Source: Elsinoe ampelina
Taxonomy: Eukaryota
Direction: 5' to 3'
Length of the DNA: 64,000 nt
Assembly: GCA_010093995.1 (NCBI GenBank)
Contig: ML992503.1
Coordinates: 409,662-473,661 of the forward strand
Positions 47,185-60,692 of the stretch are shown one piece after another (position 1 is the first letter of the stretch; every line of letters starts with the position of its first letter). The notes under the pieces were generated by a model that was not told the DNA's origin, ran no database searches, and saw nothing but the letters and a program-made list of their open reading frames with translations. Both the position numbers and the translations under genes were made by a program.

Positions 47185-47697
47185 GGACGACACACACGAG
47201 TATTGAGATTTGTGAAACAGGGAGGTACTGACGGGACGACAGGGATGAGAAGAAGGGGGTGAGGAAGAGGTTGAGTTGGCTTGGTTGAGTTGAGAATGAG
47301 TCGAGGAGTGGAGCATGTTGCGAGACCGTCTCTTTTGTTGTTGATTCACTTCTTGCACATATTGCTTGTTGAGGAGATGAGGGGATGGTGGAGGTGGAGG
47401 AAAAAAGATACCCAACGGTCCTTATGAGATCACGCTCGCTATGAGACAGATTCAAATTATTGTCGAATGTATATATTGCACCTTACCGAGCTATGGTTTT
47501 TGCTTCGTTTGCTGGTCTCGCAGTCCTAAGCACATGCTTCTTGCCGAGTCTGAACGTTATTGTGATCATGTCACGTGCCCGCTTTGGAATCGAGCACACA
47601 CGTCGGACAAACATTAGCATTCGAAACGATTACTTGCAAACGCCACCCATGCCATGCATCCTCCCACTGTCTCTGTACCCTCTGCTCCTGCTCCCAC

Positions 47698-48454
47698 TCA
47701 CATGACCACACAACACGAGTTCTGCTTCTTGGCCTGCAAAAAGTCAGCCTACACTCTCCCCCTCTCCCCTCCCAACACTCCAATCCACTCACCTGCGTAT
47801 AAAACATCTTACTCTGCGCACTCAACCCATCACTCTTGGCCACCAAACTATCAATCTTCTCCCCCCTCTCCAACACACTCTCAATCGTCTTGTGCAACAC
47901 AATCTTCGTCTCATCCAACTCCTTCTGGATCTTCATGATGCTATCCGCCTGCGCCGGATCCTGATACTTCTGTATATACTCCTTGAGCTGCGGGAAGGCC
48001 AGTTCACCGCCAGTCACGTTCCCCTGGTACGCGCTCCTCGGGTACTTGGACAGGAACTCGTCCAGGATCTTGCTGAGCAGTTGGTGTGCGACGAGAGCGG
48101 GGTACTCGTGGTCCGAGATTATGATGCCCGCGACGCCTTCGGTGCGGGCGTATGCGTGGAAGGTGTAGGATTGTTCTTCGACGTCTTGGCGTTGGCCGGG
48201 CCGGGTGCGTTCGGCGACGGTTTTGGAGAAGAGGGACATGAATTCGCCGATGCTTTGGGGTGGTTAGTGGGGAGGAGACGGAGGGGGGACGAGGAAGGGA
48301 CCTAGTGCGCGTGAAGCGCGAGTAGCTGCTGAGGTCGCGTTCGGCGCATAGTTCCACGGCGGGCTTGTCTTCGTTCTTGAGGATCTGGGGCGGTCAGTGA
48401 GGGGGGAGGCTGGGGTGGAGGGGAGGGAGGTACGCCGATGTAGAGGATCTTCAT
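47698..48454 (-). CDS. YKT6: Longin R-SNARE Ykt6; introns 48433-48385, 48301-48253, 47792-47734
   Basis: MKILYIG|ILKN...DLSSYSRFTR; QDPAQADSIMKIQKELDETKIVLHKTIESVLERGEKID; CCVVM prenylation end. Confidence 0.95.
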
Positions 48455-48761
48455 TTTGGCGGCGAGTGAGATGGGAGGGTTTGTGGGAGAGGAAGGTGAG
48501 GTGAGAGTGCGAAGTGGATGTGGAGGAAATGAAGTTGCCTTGTCGTTGGTCCCGTGGTATCGAGCGATGTCATCTTGAAACGCCGCGCCAAGAGCGGAGG
48601 TCGACCTTCAAAGAGCTACCAATTTGCTGTCTTGCCGCATCACATGCTAGATTTCAAGGACACATCTCACAATTGGTAGCCGACGAAGGCATACGCTACC
48701 CATATACCGCGACTCTTCCCCAACCCTTCTCTGACTGACCCGCGCCCTTACCACCACAATA

Positions 48762-49337
48762 ATGGCTCCCATCACCACCGCCTCCAACGACGAAACCCAC
48801 CACGCCCTCCTCGACAAACTCGACATGCACAAGATCCACAAAGCCTTCCGCAACCCTTCCTGGCGTCCTCCCCAACGCCGCAACAAAAACCTCAAACAAA
48901 TCATCTCCGAAGCCCAACGCCGCGAACAATCCCTCCTCAACACGCAAAACAACAGCGGCACATCCACGCCCCACGCCTCCGGATCCGAGAGCGCCACTCT
49001 CTCCACCAACCCCACGCAAGGCTCCTCCGATCTCTCGCGCGCAGTATTGGAGAAAGCAGCGGGGAGTAATGGTCTGCTGCCCCCAGCAACAGGAGTGGGG
49101 GCAGGGACAGGCGCTGGGGCCCAGCCGAGTTATTCGTGGACGAGTATCGCTGCCGCGCCGAGTTTCAAGCCGAAGCAGAAGTATTGTGATATCACGGGAT
49201 TGCCGGCGCCGTATGTCGATCCGAAGAGTGGGTTGAGGTACGCGAATAGGGATATTTATGCCGTGGTGAGGACGTTGGGGACGGGGGCTGTGCAGGAGTA
49301 TTTGGCTGCCAGGGGGGCGAATACGGTGTTGAAGTGA
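48762..49337 (+). CDS. IES6: INO80 complex subunit Ies6 (YL1-C domain)
   Basis: RRNKNLKQII; SIAAAPSFKPKQKYCDITGLPAPYVDPKSGLRY; QEYLAARGANTVLK. Confidence 0.92.
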   Translation: MAPITTASNDETHHALLDKLDMHKIHKAFRNPSWRPPQRRNKNLKQIISEAQRREQSLLNTQNNSGTSTPHASGSESATLSTNPTQGSSDLSRAVLEKAAGSNGLLPPATGVGAGTGAGAQPSYSWTSIAAAPSFKPKQKYCDITGLPAPYVDPKSGLRYANRDIYAVVRTLGTGAVQEYLAARGANTVLK

Positions 49338-50220
49338 AGAGGGATGGGGGTGAGGGATACAGGATGAAGTCACAATGGCCATTCACGATGGTCTGTAGCA
49401 TGGAGAGTTGGGCTGGTGGACTCGCGGATATGGAAACTGCAAGGCTGCTCTGCGAGCATCGCCACGAGCAGCGGCGCAGGATCAGGCACTAGAGTTGTTC
49501 ATGCAAGGACGGGACGAGAGCAGACAGGCTAGAGTATTCATGACGACATGGCTATTGGGTATCTTTATAGAAGAAGAGGACGTTGATTAAGCTGGATCCT
49601 TGAGGTTATCCGTGGCTGGCCAGAAGTCAGATTGGGGTTGCAGAGATGACTAGGACGATGCAAGTATACCTTCGAGATGGAAGAGGACATTCGATTGGTA
49701 GTTCTTGAACATCTGTGCTACAAGCTCGACGTTCATGTTCTGGACGTTGATCTCCTGTAATATACTTAGACTAGGGATGGAACGAACGGTAGCAGTCATA
49801 CCTGCAGACTTTTGTTGAGCACCATGATTGCCTCATTGAGTTTCTCCTTGTGATAGTGAGTTGTGTTCGAGGACTATGGATCCAGTATACTACTACTCAC
49901 AACATTCGTGATGATCCGGGAGAGGAGTTGTGTCTGCTGGTGCTCGTGAGGGCTCTCCTGCAGAACGTCAGCATGTTCATGAAACACGCAAGTAGCGACA
50001 AAGGACTGACCATGACTATAGCTCAAAGAAGCAGGAGACCTCTGTGTGATGGTAACCGATCAATGAACGTGACTTGCACGCGTCAAATCAATATCAAACC
50101 CTAACCCTTGAGCCCCACCATGACCATCATCGACTCTGCCGCCACTCCAGACTCATTCACCGAGAAGTGTCTGCTTTCACTGCAAGATCTTAATCGAGGC
50201 TACTTATCTGCTCAGCAGCC

Positions 50221-53200
50221 ATGTCCCCAGCAGTAGAGTCCGCAGAGGCACAATGGCTCTCTCAGCTAGAGCAGATGAGACAAGCACTCGCCGACTTGAA
50301 AGCACAAGGTCTGCCCATCGGACAAGAACCATATGGAAAGGACATTATATTTGACCAGACCGATTCGCCATCTTCCTCAGATCAAGACGATATCTGGGAT
50401 CTGATCGATGACGATCAAGACGATATTTCGAGTGGCGACGATGCTGCCACTTTCGACATACCATCAGTGAATGGTGGAGCAGCGCATTACGATCAGACCT
50501 GGCTCGAGAATCACATCTCGATCTCAGGGCTAGGCAGCAATGGTATTGGATCATCTGCTGTCGCCGATCAAGTCATGGCCATCATCTCTTCGGACAGCAG
50601 CAATGATGAGCTACAGATGCTACTGGCAGAGACTCTCGGCTTCGATCATCTGGATTTGGTCTCGCAGATCATCGAGCACAGGAAGGACTTACAGAAGTCT
50701 GCAAGGCAGCAGGCTGCGCCATCTGGTCCCTCAGGAAGGCTTCTGTCAAGACAGGAGCGGGAGGAGGCTCTCCGACAGCAGGACCTGGCACACAAGTCAA
50801 CATCTCTGGCCGCCGCCCAGGACCGCACTGGTCCGGTATACCCGCATGTGTATCGCACACATGATGCCGGGAATACCTTGTCCATGCATGGGCGCAAGTA
50901 CATGCTCCCACTTGGTAGTGAGCGGATCGAGCGCGAGAAATACGAGCAATACTCCATTCCTGCGGCAAAGGTTGGAACACTGGGTCGTCAGCAGAAGCTT
51001 GTACACATCAATGAACTAGACTGGCTATGCCAAGGTACTTTCAAAGGCTACAAGTCCTTGAATCGCATGCAGAGCTTGGTCTACCAAGTCGCCTACGAGA
51101 CCAGCGAGAACATGCTAATCTGCGCACCTACTGGAGCCGGTAAGACAGATGCGGCCATGTTGACCATCTTGAATGCGATCAGCAAGAACATTACCCCTTC
51201 ACCATCCGGACCGACCACGGACGGCGATTTCGTGGTGCGAACAAAAGACTTTAAGATTGTCTACGTCGCGCCGATGAAAGCGTTGGCAGCTGAAATTACT
51301 GAGAAGCTTGGGAAGCGTCTTGCTTGGCTGGGTGTCAAGGTCAGGGAATTGACCGGTGACATGCATCTCACCAAGGCCGAAATTGTGGAGACCCAGATTC
51401 TTGTCACAACTCCGGAGAAGTGGGATGTCGTGACTAGGAAGAGTACTGGCGATACAGAGCTGGTCCAGAAAGTCCGTCTATTGATCATCGATGAGGTCCA
51501 CATGCTGCATGACGAGCGTGGTGCTGTGCTCGAGTCTCTAGTCGCCCGGACCGAAAGACAAGTCGAGAGTACCCAGTCACTCATCAGGATTGTCGGTCTG
51601 TCTGCGACACTGCCAAACTTCATCGATGTGGCAGACTTCCTCAAGGTCAATCGTATGGCTGGTCTTTTCTACTTCGACAGCTCTTTCCGTCCTGTGCCCC
51701 TGGAACAGCACTTTATTGGTGTCAAAGGCAAAGCAGGTACCAAGACCTCAAGGGAGAATCTCGACAAGGTAGCTTTCGAAAAGGTTAAGGATATGCTCGA
51801 ACTGGGCCATCAGGTCATGGTGTTCGTCCATTCAAGGAAAGACACTCTCAACACCGCAAGGACCTTGTACGAACTAGCCATGGAAGAGGGTATGGCTGAC
51901 CTGTTCGACCCGAGCATGCACGAGAACTACTCGTCCGCCCAAAGCCAGATCAAGATGTCAAGGACAAAAGAGATTCGAGAGCTTCTAACCAAAGGTATGG
52001 GAATCCATCATGCTGGTATGCCTCGATCCGATCGCAATCTCATGGAGCGCTTCTTCTCCGAAGGCGTGCTGAAGGTGCTCTGCTGTACCGCTACTCTAGC
52101 ATGGGGTGTCAATCTGCCGGCTGCCGCAGTCGTGATCAAGGGCACACAGCTCTACAGCGCTGAAGCTGGTAAATTTATCGATCTTGGTATCCTCGATGTC
52201 TTGCAGATCTTCGGTCGTGCTGGTCGTCCTCAGTTTCAGGATACTGGTATCGGCATGATCTGTACTACTCAAGACAAGCTGCAGCACTATCTTACTGCTG
52301 TCACTCAGCAGCAGCCCATTGAGTCCAACTTCTCGAAGAAGCTGGTCGACAATCTGAATGCTGAGATCTCATTGGGCACGGTCACTTCAGTGCCTGAAGC
52401 AGTAACGTGGATGGGTTACAGCTATCTTTTTGTCCGCATGAAGCGCAATCCGATGGCGTATGGTATCGACTGGGCTGAGATCCGGGACGATCCGGAACTT
52501 GTTCAAAGACGACGAGAGTTGGTAATCAAGGCTGCCAGAGTGCTCCAGCAGAGCCAGATGATCATCTTCAACGAGACCACAGAAGAGCTACGAGCAAAGG
52601 ATGTTGGCAGGATTGCAAGTCAGTACTATGTCTTGCAGACCTCGATCGAGATCTTCAACACGATGATGCGGCCACGAGCGACGGAAGCAGACATTCTCAA
52701 GATGATCAGCATGAGCGGAGAGTTTGACAACATTCAGTCTCGCGAAACGGAAGAAAAGGAGCTGATGCGTCTCAAGAATGATATCGCTCCTTGCGACATC
52801 GAAGGCGGTATCGGCACCACTCAAGGTAAAACGAATGTGTTGCTACAGTCGTACATCTCGCGAGCACGCTTGGAAGACTTTACCTTGACTTCGGACATGG
52901 CATATGTCGCTCAGAATGCTGCACGTATCTGTCGAGCTCTGTTTATGATTGCGCTTAATCGACGCTGGGGCTTCCAGTGTCAGGTTCTTCTCTCAATGTG
53001 CAAGTCCATAGAGAAGCAGGTCTGGCCGTACGAACATCCTTTCCATCAGTTCGATCTGCCACAGCCTGTGCTCCGCAACTTGGACACGAAAGGATCGACC
53101 TCTTCCATTGAATCACTCCGGGACATGGAGCCAGCAGAGATTGGTGGACTGGTGCATAACAGCAAGATGGGCTTTACCTTGACTAAGCTCCTGGACAACT

Positions 53201-56200
53201 TCCCGACAATCTCTGTCGAAGCTGAGATCGCTCCACTGAATCGAGATGTGCTGAGGATGCGACTGTTCATCACGCCAGACTTTGACTGGAATGACAGGCA
53301 CCATGGAAAGTCCGAGTCGTACTGGATCTGGGTAGAGAATGCTGAGACTTCAGATATCTACCACCACGAATACTTCATCTTGACTCGAAGGAAGCTGCAC
53401 GATGAGCATGAGCTCAATTTCACCATCCCTCTTGCTGATCCTCTGCCGTCTCAGATTTATGTCAGAGCCATCTCGGACCGCTGGCTGGGGGCAGAGACAG
53501 TGAACCCCATCTCTTTCCAGCATCTCATTCGGCCTGATACAGAAAGCGTCTACACAGACCTGCTCAATTTACAACCACTGCCAATCGCTGCACTCAAGAA
53601 TCCTCTCTTGGAGGACATCTACAGCCAGCGCTTCCAGTTCTTCAACCCAATGCAGACCCAGCTCTTCCACTGCATGTACCATACCGACACGAACGTCCTG
53701 CTCGGGTCACCGACTGGTAGTGGCAAGACCGTCGCAGCAGAATTGGCCATGTGGCAAGCTTTCCGAGACCGACCTGGCTCGAAAGTAATTTACATCGCCC
53801 CGATGAAGGCCCTCGTCCGCGAGCGTGTGCAAGACTGGAACAAGCGGCTCACCCGCCAGATGGGCCTCAAGCTTGTCGAGTTGACAGGTGACAACACCCC
53901 GGACACTCGAAGCATTCGAGACGCAGACATCATCATCACCACACCCGAAAAGTGGGATGGTATCAGTCGTAGCTGGCAGACGCGAGGATATGTCAGACAA
54001 GTCAGCCTGGTCATCATAGATGAGATTCATTTGCTTGGTGGCGATCGTGGACCGATTCTGGAGATCATCGTATCTCGTATGAATTACATTGCTTCGCAGT
54101 CGGAGAAGTCGGTCAGGCTGGTAGGCATGTCCACGGCGTGTGCGAATGCGATGGATCTGGGTAATTGGCTGGGTGTCAAAGAGGGTCTGTTCAACTTCCG
54201 CCATTCTGTCCGACCTGTACCATTGGAAATCTACATCGATGGTTTCCCGGAGCAGCGAGGCTTTTGTCCACTTATGCAGTCCATGAACAGGCCGACGTTC
54301 CTCTCGATCAAAGCTCACTCACCTGACAAGCCGGTCATTGTGTTCGTTGCTTCTCGAAGGCAGACTCGTCTAACGGCCAGAGACTTGATCAACTTCTGCG
54401 GTATGGAGGATAATCCTCGTCGGTTCATGAGAATGTCTGAGGATGACCTCGCTTTGAATCTCGCTCGGGTGAAAGACGAGGCATTGAAAGAAGCGTTGGC
54501 CTTTGGTATTGGTCTACATCACGCTGGTCTGGTCGAGTCGGACCGTCAATTGTCAGAGGAGCTATTTGCGAACAACAAGATCCAGATTCTGGTTGCTACT
54601 TCTACACTTGCTTGGGGAGTAAACTTGCCAGCTCACCTGGTCGTGGTCAAGGGAACACAATTCTTTGACGCCAAGACCGAGGCGTACAAGGACATGGACT
54701 TGACAGATGTGCTGCAAATGCTTGGTCGTGCCGGTCGTCCACAATTCGACACGTCGGGTATTGCACGCATCTTCACTCAAGATGCGAAGAAGGACTTCTA
54801 CAAGCACTTCCTGCACACAGGCTTCCCAGTCGAATCTTCTCTACACAATGTCTTGGACAATCACATTGGTGCAGAAGTCAGTGCCGGCACCATTGCTACA
54901 AAACAAGACGCACTCGACTACCTGACCTGGACATTCTTCTTCCGACGCCTGCACAAGAACCCTTCCTACTACGGCCTGGAGATATCCTCTGAGCAGCACA
55001 ACTCCATCGAAGCCCAAACCCTCGCAAACGATTACATGATCACCCTCGTCACAAATTCCCTCAACTCTCTCTCCACCAGCTCCTGCATCGACCTCCTTCC
55101 CAATGGTGACGTCGACCCCACCCCTCTCGGCAAAATCATGTCCTACTACTACCTCTCCCACCACACCATTCGTTCCCTCCTCCTCCACGCCTCCCCCACC
55201 CCTTCTTTCCCAGCAGCTCTCGCCATGATGTCCCTCGCCACCGAATTCGACGAACTCCCAGTCCGCCACAACGAAGACCTCATCAACGGCGAACTCGCCC
55301 GCTCCCTCCCCCTCGAAGTCTCCTCGAATCTCCAATCCCTCCCCCTGTGGGACCCGCACGTCAAATCCTTCCTCCTCCTGCAAGCGCACTTTGAACAACT
55401 CGACCTTCCCATCTCCGACTACGTAGGCGACCAAGTCTCCGTCCTGGATCAAAGCATCCGTATCCTCCAAGCCGCGATCGACGTCATGGCCGAAAAAGGC
55501 TGGCGGGACGCAGTCCGCACCTTCATCCGCGTGCTACAGTGCGTCAAGTCCGCGCGGTGGGAAGGGGACGGCCCACTCGCCATTCTCCCAGGGATGGACA
55601 CGGCCAAGGAACGCCAACGTCTTTCCTCCCCTCCCACCTCCTCCCCCGCGACCCTCATCGAAGCCGCATCCTTGCCAGCGCAGAAGCAAGAATCCCTCGT
55701 CTCCTCCCTCCCCCCTCCTCTCCGCAGCAAAGCCCTCCGCGTCCTCTCCACCGCCATCCCGAATCTCTCCCTCTCCGCCTTCCCCGGCAAACAAGGCGAA
55801 GTGCGCGTCGAGCTCCGCCGGCTGAACAAGCTCTGGGATCGCGAGGGTCATGTGTACGCCCCCAGGTTCCCGAAGAGTCAGACGGAGGGGTATTTCGTTC
55901 TGGTGTCCGACGCGGGCACAGGGGAAGTGGTGGGGTTGAAGAGGGTGGGGTGGGGGGTGACGGCGAGCAAGGGGGGGGATGCGAAAGGGCGGGAGAAGAG
56001 GAAGGAGGAAGAGGAGAAGCCGGGAGTGGGGTGAGGAAGGTGGATGTTTTGGTCATGAGTGATGCGTATGTGGGGATGGAGTGGGAGGTGAAAGGAGTGG
56101 AGGTTTTGTTGGTTGAGGAGAAGGGGGAGGTGGAGGTTGTGACGCTGCCGGCTGGGGTGGGGGGAAAGGAGAAGGGGGGGCAGTGGGGTGGCGGGGTGTA

Positions 56201-56201
56201 G
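50221..56201 (+). CDS. SLH1: Ski2-like tandem helicase Slh1/ASCC3; main frame stops at 56034, probable true C-terminus in another frame to 56201
   Basis: Two helicase cassettes (APTGAGKT/DEVH, SPTGSGKT/DEIH, GRAGRPQF twice) with Sec63 domains; PHVYR N-terminal motif. Confidence 0.9.
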
Positions 56202-56763
56202 ATTTGCTTGCTACAGGATGGAAAAGCATATAGACGATCATGGTATCGGTCACCAGCGGTACATGTAGAGAAGGAAGTTGGTTCTGCTCAGAACATCCCT
56301 TCATGCTGATGCAAGTGACGCATCACTCGACCAGCTATAGACATCCTATGGAATGGTATCAACAGGCAGTCATACTCCTCACGACTCACTTGCATGTCTG
56401 TACTATCATACGTGTGTTTCTCTCTTTTTTGAAAGCCCCCCTTCTTTTGTGGTATCCCTCCCTGAACGCCAGACGAGGCGCCTCGCTTGCTATGCAAAAT
56501 CTGAATCGAAACGTGTGTGGATCCTTGAAGCCTAGTGGTGTGTTCCAGCAGTGCTACATTCGTGCGGAGGAACTGGCTGGGGATTGTCTCTAGGGTGCTC
56601 TTGGGATCTCTATGTGGAATGGGAATGCTTGTTGAAGTACAGTGCGGGCCGCGCTCAAGCGCTGCAGCTGGTCTATCTCAGCCTTGGTTGTGATCAAAAG
56701 CTGGAGCTGACGAAGCTTGAAGAGAAGGGCGTGATCCCCAGGGCGCGGGTTGGCGAGGACGTG

Positions 56764-58986
56764 CTACATCTCGCTCCGTAATGCGGGTGCTTCGGACACC
56801 TCGGTGATCAGAGAGATCATGTTCGAGTCTGCAGATGAAGCCTCCACCTTCTCTACAGTCGCTAGGACCGATAGCTTGGCCTGTATTACTTCGTCTTGTA
56901 TCTCATCTGGATTTAGCTTCTCCAGTACAGCGGCTGCTGCTGTCCTTCGTCGCTCCCTCTCGCCAACAACGGCGCGCAGAAGGCCAACGCGGGTGTCTGG
57001 CGGCAAGCGCTCCAGCACAGCACGTTCGCTGAAGAGAGCTTGTAGTACAAATGTCGGGACCGATAGAAGAATGCTTGAAAGCGTGCGGTTGACCGAGGAA
57101 TGTAGCTGGAAGTCGCCAAGCTGGATACCCTGCAGCTTCGGGTTGGATGCTGACGGGCGTGATGCGTGAAAGGCGCCAGCTGGTCGTTTGAGCAGGTCCG
57201 GAATGCGCCTGAGAGTATCAAGCTCGGGGGCCGATGAATCAAACTCGAAATTGTTGACTAGCGGCCAGGTGATGAAGCGCAGCACCGCGAACATGAATTC
57301 CATGGCAAATGGTGCGTATTTCGGAATTAGCGGCTCACTACCGTCAGCACTATGGTGAGTGCCATTAGTGCCATTTGACTTGACGTGCTCCTTACTCTCC
57401 GCAAGTGCAAAGCCGAGAGCCACCTCAATGTTGTCGATGATGAGCAATTCTGAAGCCAACGAGAGTCCAGCGGTCACTATCTCTGGTACTTGTAGCCACC
57501 ACCCGGCAGTGGCGTAGGACAATACCCACTCCATGACTTGCTTTGGCGACTTGAGGTTACCAGGCAGGTGCTCTCTACGCACGAAGCCGCCGCCATAGAG
57601 TGACCGTACGGCAAGCGGAAATAGCCCTCCATCTCTGAAGATCGCAGACTCTGGTACGTGTATCGTACGACATGGCTTCCCGTCCTGCTTGTCATGGTTC
57701 GAAGACGACTCGAGTAGAATGCTTCGCAAGCGCGGGCTACGAGCTAGGATGAAAGAATGTGCAAACAACTGTGAAGGTCCATTGAAGGATGATGGCATTT
57801 CGAATGATACGTCGGCAAAGTCCGAACTCGCAAACAGACTTTCCGTGTGTGATCTGAGAGCGATTGCATTGTTGATATCCTGATCGTGGTATCTTGAGTC
57901 GAATTGTTGGGTTCGGGTTGGTGTAAAGCTCGGGGTGAAGGGTGAGAAGGGCATTGCTCGTTGGGGTGCAATCGAGGTGTCGTTACCTGGCGGATATACG
58001 GGAAGTACAGGAGCCGGCGGATATGCGGCATACTGTGGTTGGAACGGTGGTTCTGCCATACTAGAACCCACCGAGCCGGATCGTGGCGACTGAGCATATC
58101 GCTCACGATTGAGATGGCGTGACGTGTGAGAGCCGTGTCCATTGGGTAGGAGCGGTGGTCGTCCAGTGGATGCGGAGGGATCTTGTGGAGTCCCCGGTGA
58201 GTAGGGCACTCCGTTTGGCGCTGGTGGAGGATGGGTGAAGCCATTGACAAGTACTGGTGGAGAGAAAGATCCGTCCGCAAAGTGACCAGGACCAGAAGAC
58301 GAGTGCCATGATCCAGCTGAGGGTGGAGGTACGGGAGACGGAGCAGAAGAATCGACGTGTCCTCCGAATACAAAGCTTTGCCTGTTCGATGACCGCTCCA
58401 CATCTTTTGCTTGTGGATAGCCATTACCATTGCCTTGGGACGCGGGATAGAAGGGTGGTGGTAGCTCGACGGGCGAACGGACGGATGTGCGAGGAGGTGC
58501 CTGTGTCGTTGACTGGTGCTGTGGGATCGCTGCCGGTTGTTCACGCTGTGCAGAGACATCTGACGGAGGCTCGAAGCTCGAAGCAGTAGTCGTTGTGTCC
58601 CCTGACTGCTCTTGTGGTAGGGCTGGCGTTGATCCTGAGTCGGCTGGGGTGTCTGCGTCTGCTGTGGTATGATTTGCTTGACCAGAATCGCCCTTAATAT
58701 CTCCTCCTCCCTCAACAGCTGCATCGCCTTCATTCTTTGCGTCTGTGGTTCCATTTGACAGTCCAATTCGCTGTGTACTCTCAACTCCCTTGGTCGTCTG
58801 TGTAGTCGATGTTGATTGCGGGGTTGAAGACTCGGATTGTGCTTGCTTTGCACCTTGCTTCGCGCTCGTCTTGTCTACGCTTTGCTTCGAGTACCGCTTC
58901 GGAATGACGGGAACAATGCGAGTATTCTGCCTAGCATGTCGTGCGCCGGCTGGCGCATTCCCCGCTTGTCCATTTGGAAGACTCAT
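56764..58986 (-). CDS. Hypothetical protein with disordered N-terminus and BTB/POZ-like domain (740 aa)
   Basis: Long ORF; FASSDFADVSF...LFAHSFILARSPRLRSIL resembles a BTB start. Confidence 0.75.
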   Translation of the reverse strand: MSLPNGQAGNAPAGARHARQNTRIVPVIPKRYSKQSVDKTSAKQGAKQAQSESSTPQSTSTTQTTKGVESTQRIGLSNGTTDAKNEGDAAVEGGGDIKGDSGQANHTTADADTPADSGSTPALPQEQSGDTTTTASSFEPPSDVSAQREQPAAIPQHQSTTQAPPRTSVRSPVELPPPFYPASQGNGNGYPQAKDVERSSNRQSFVFGGHVDSSAPSPVPPPSAGSWHSSSGPGHFADGSFSPPVLVNGFTHPPPAPNGVPYSPGTPQDPSASTGRPPLLPNGHGSHTSRHLNRERYAQSPRSGSVGSSMAEPPFQPQYAAYPPAPVLPVYPPGNDTSIAPQRAMPFSPFTPSFTPTRTQQFDSRYHDQDINNAIALRSHTESLFASSDFADVSFEMPSSFNGPSQLFAHSFILARSPRLRSILLESSSNHDKQDGKPCRTIHVPESAIFRDGGLFPLAVRSLYGGGFVRREHLPGNLKSPKQVMEWVLSYATAGWWLQVPEIVTAGLSLASELLIIDNIEVALGFALAESKEHVKSNGTNGTHHSADGSEPLIPKYAPFAMEFMFAVLRFITWPLVNNFEFDSSAPELDTLRRIPDLLKRPAGAFHASRPSASNPKLQGIQLGDFQLHSSVNRTLSSILLSVPTFVLQALFSERAVLERLPPDTRVGLLRAVVGERERRRTAAAAVLEKLNPDEIQDEVIQAKLSVLATVEKVEASSADSNMISLITEVSEAPALRSEM

Positions 58987-59544
58987 GCTTCGTCAAAGGT
59001 ATGATGGAACGGATTGAGTCGGGAGCAGTGTGGGTCGCGGAGCTCCAGGAGATCTGAAGAGGAGTATGTAAAGCTCCTGGAGCGTCCAACAGATAGTGCT
59101 GGGGAAGGATGATCCGGTCGAAGGATATATGTCAAAAGGTGTTGAAGACCAAGTCTGCGGTCATCAAAGTCACCGGAATAAAGTTATTCTGCGGGGATCT
59201 TGCCGTCTTGGAAATGTGTCCGTGCTCCATTCCGGCTCTCCACATTTTCTGTCATCTTCGGCGGGAGCATCTCAACATATGTTGGAGATACTGAATACTC
59301 CTCGCTGGTCTTCAATGTGTATGAATAGCTGAACCCCTGCGATGGCGTTCTCAGTCACCTCAATCTCAAAGTGACAGCAATGACCTCGCGGAAAGAGCAG
59401 GAAAGTCACATGACCTGCTTCTGCAGTAAAAGGTTTGGTATTGTACAATATTGTAGTGTTCAGCGCCCTCTCCGCTGATACTACTGGTGCATCCGCACAT
59501 GGCCTTGTGCTTCGCCATGCTACCGACAACCAGACATGGCACCT

Positions 59545-60431
59545 CTAGAGAAGCCGCCTCTGCCTCGTTGCATCCTTCTTCAACACCGGCAGACCCCTGG
59601 CCAGCAGAGCCTGCTCAATGACCTTCCATCGTCCGCGCTGGTTCTCCTTGTCCACCATCGTGACTCTGCGGGCGCTGATTGTGACATTCGGCAGTTTCCT
59701 CAGCTGCGCGCCACGTCCTCGTGCAAATGTTTCTGAGAATTTCTGCTCCTTTGGTTTCGTCATCAATGCTCTCTTCAGGTCCTTGATGCTCTTGATCCGT
59801 TGAGCTTGGATATCAGGCAGCCGTATTCCAGTCACTTTCGCTACACTCTGCTGGACCTGCTCCTGTCAGCTTGTGACTTTGCACTAATTCTGTCTCGACA
59901 CACCTTGAGTCTACTCGCCTCCTCGAATGCCGGCTCGGCACCTCCAAATGCATCGCTCGTGATCTTCTCAAGGATGTACTCAACATTATCCGGCCGTACC
60001 TTCGCGGGTTCTGCTCGTGACCACCTATGACCGTCAGTCCAATCCATATGACGCCCCTATAGAACCACTCACCCCTCAAATCTGTCTTTCGGATCCCGCA
60101 TCTTCTCTAACCACTTCTTCGAGCCCACCCAATCTAATCCATCTATTGTCTTGGCTGGGGTGTAGCCCGGGTCGCCCCCTGACCTTCTCCGCCGACCGCG
60201 TTGTGTACGCTGACCATCATCCGACTCGCCGAGTCCTGGAGCGAAGGGATTCGAGCGTGGGGCGGAATCGTCGAGGAGCTCGCGCTCTTGAGCACGGGCA
60301 AGTTGAGGTTGAGATGTTTGGAATTGACGCGCGGAAGGAGGGAGGCGTGAGCGACAGGTTCGGCAGATAAATATCGAAGGCGAAGAGGTGATGGGATTAC
60401 TCCAGCGAGGAGCAAGTCGAGTGGCGGCCAT
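59545..60431 (-). CDS. Probable mitochondrial large ribosomal subunit protein of the L50 family; introns 60072-60025 and 59903-59857
   Basis: Arg/Ser-rich presequence; TGIRLPD...LPNVTISARRVTMVDKENQRGRWKVIEQALLARGLP; two short GT-AG introns join three ORFs in frame. Confidence 0.75.
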
Positions 60432-60692
60432 TATTGAAATTGGTGATCTGTTTGTCGATGGAGCGCCTGGTGACAAAAATTTGGGAGGTTGTTGCTTGAG
60501 ATCTCGTAGCTGTTGATCTGGGAAGGTTTTGCCGAGCCATAGGATTACAATATCTGCACATTTCTGGAACTACCACGACATAAGTTGTCCAAATTAATCA
60601 TTTCAAACCTTCCCATCACTAACATGCCGATCACATCAACTTCGCCGGCTTCTTCAATGCAACGTCACGCACGTAGTCCATCCATCACCAGA

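Noticed and set aside
50097..50108. AACCCTAACCCT telomere-like motif upstream of SLH1
   Set aside because: Under two repeat units; cannot be told from chance.
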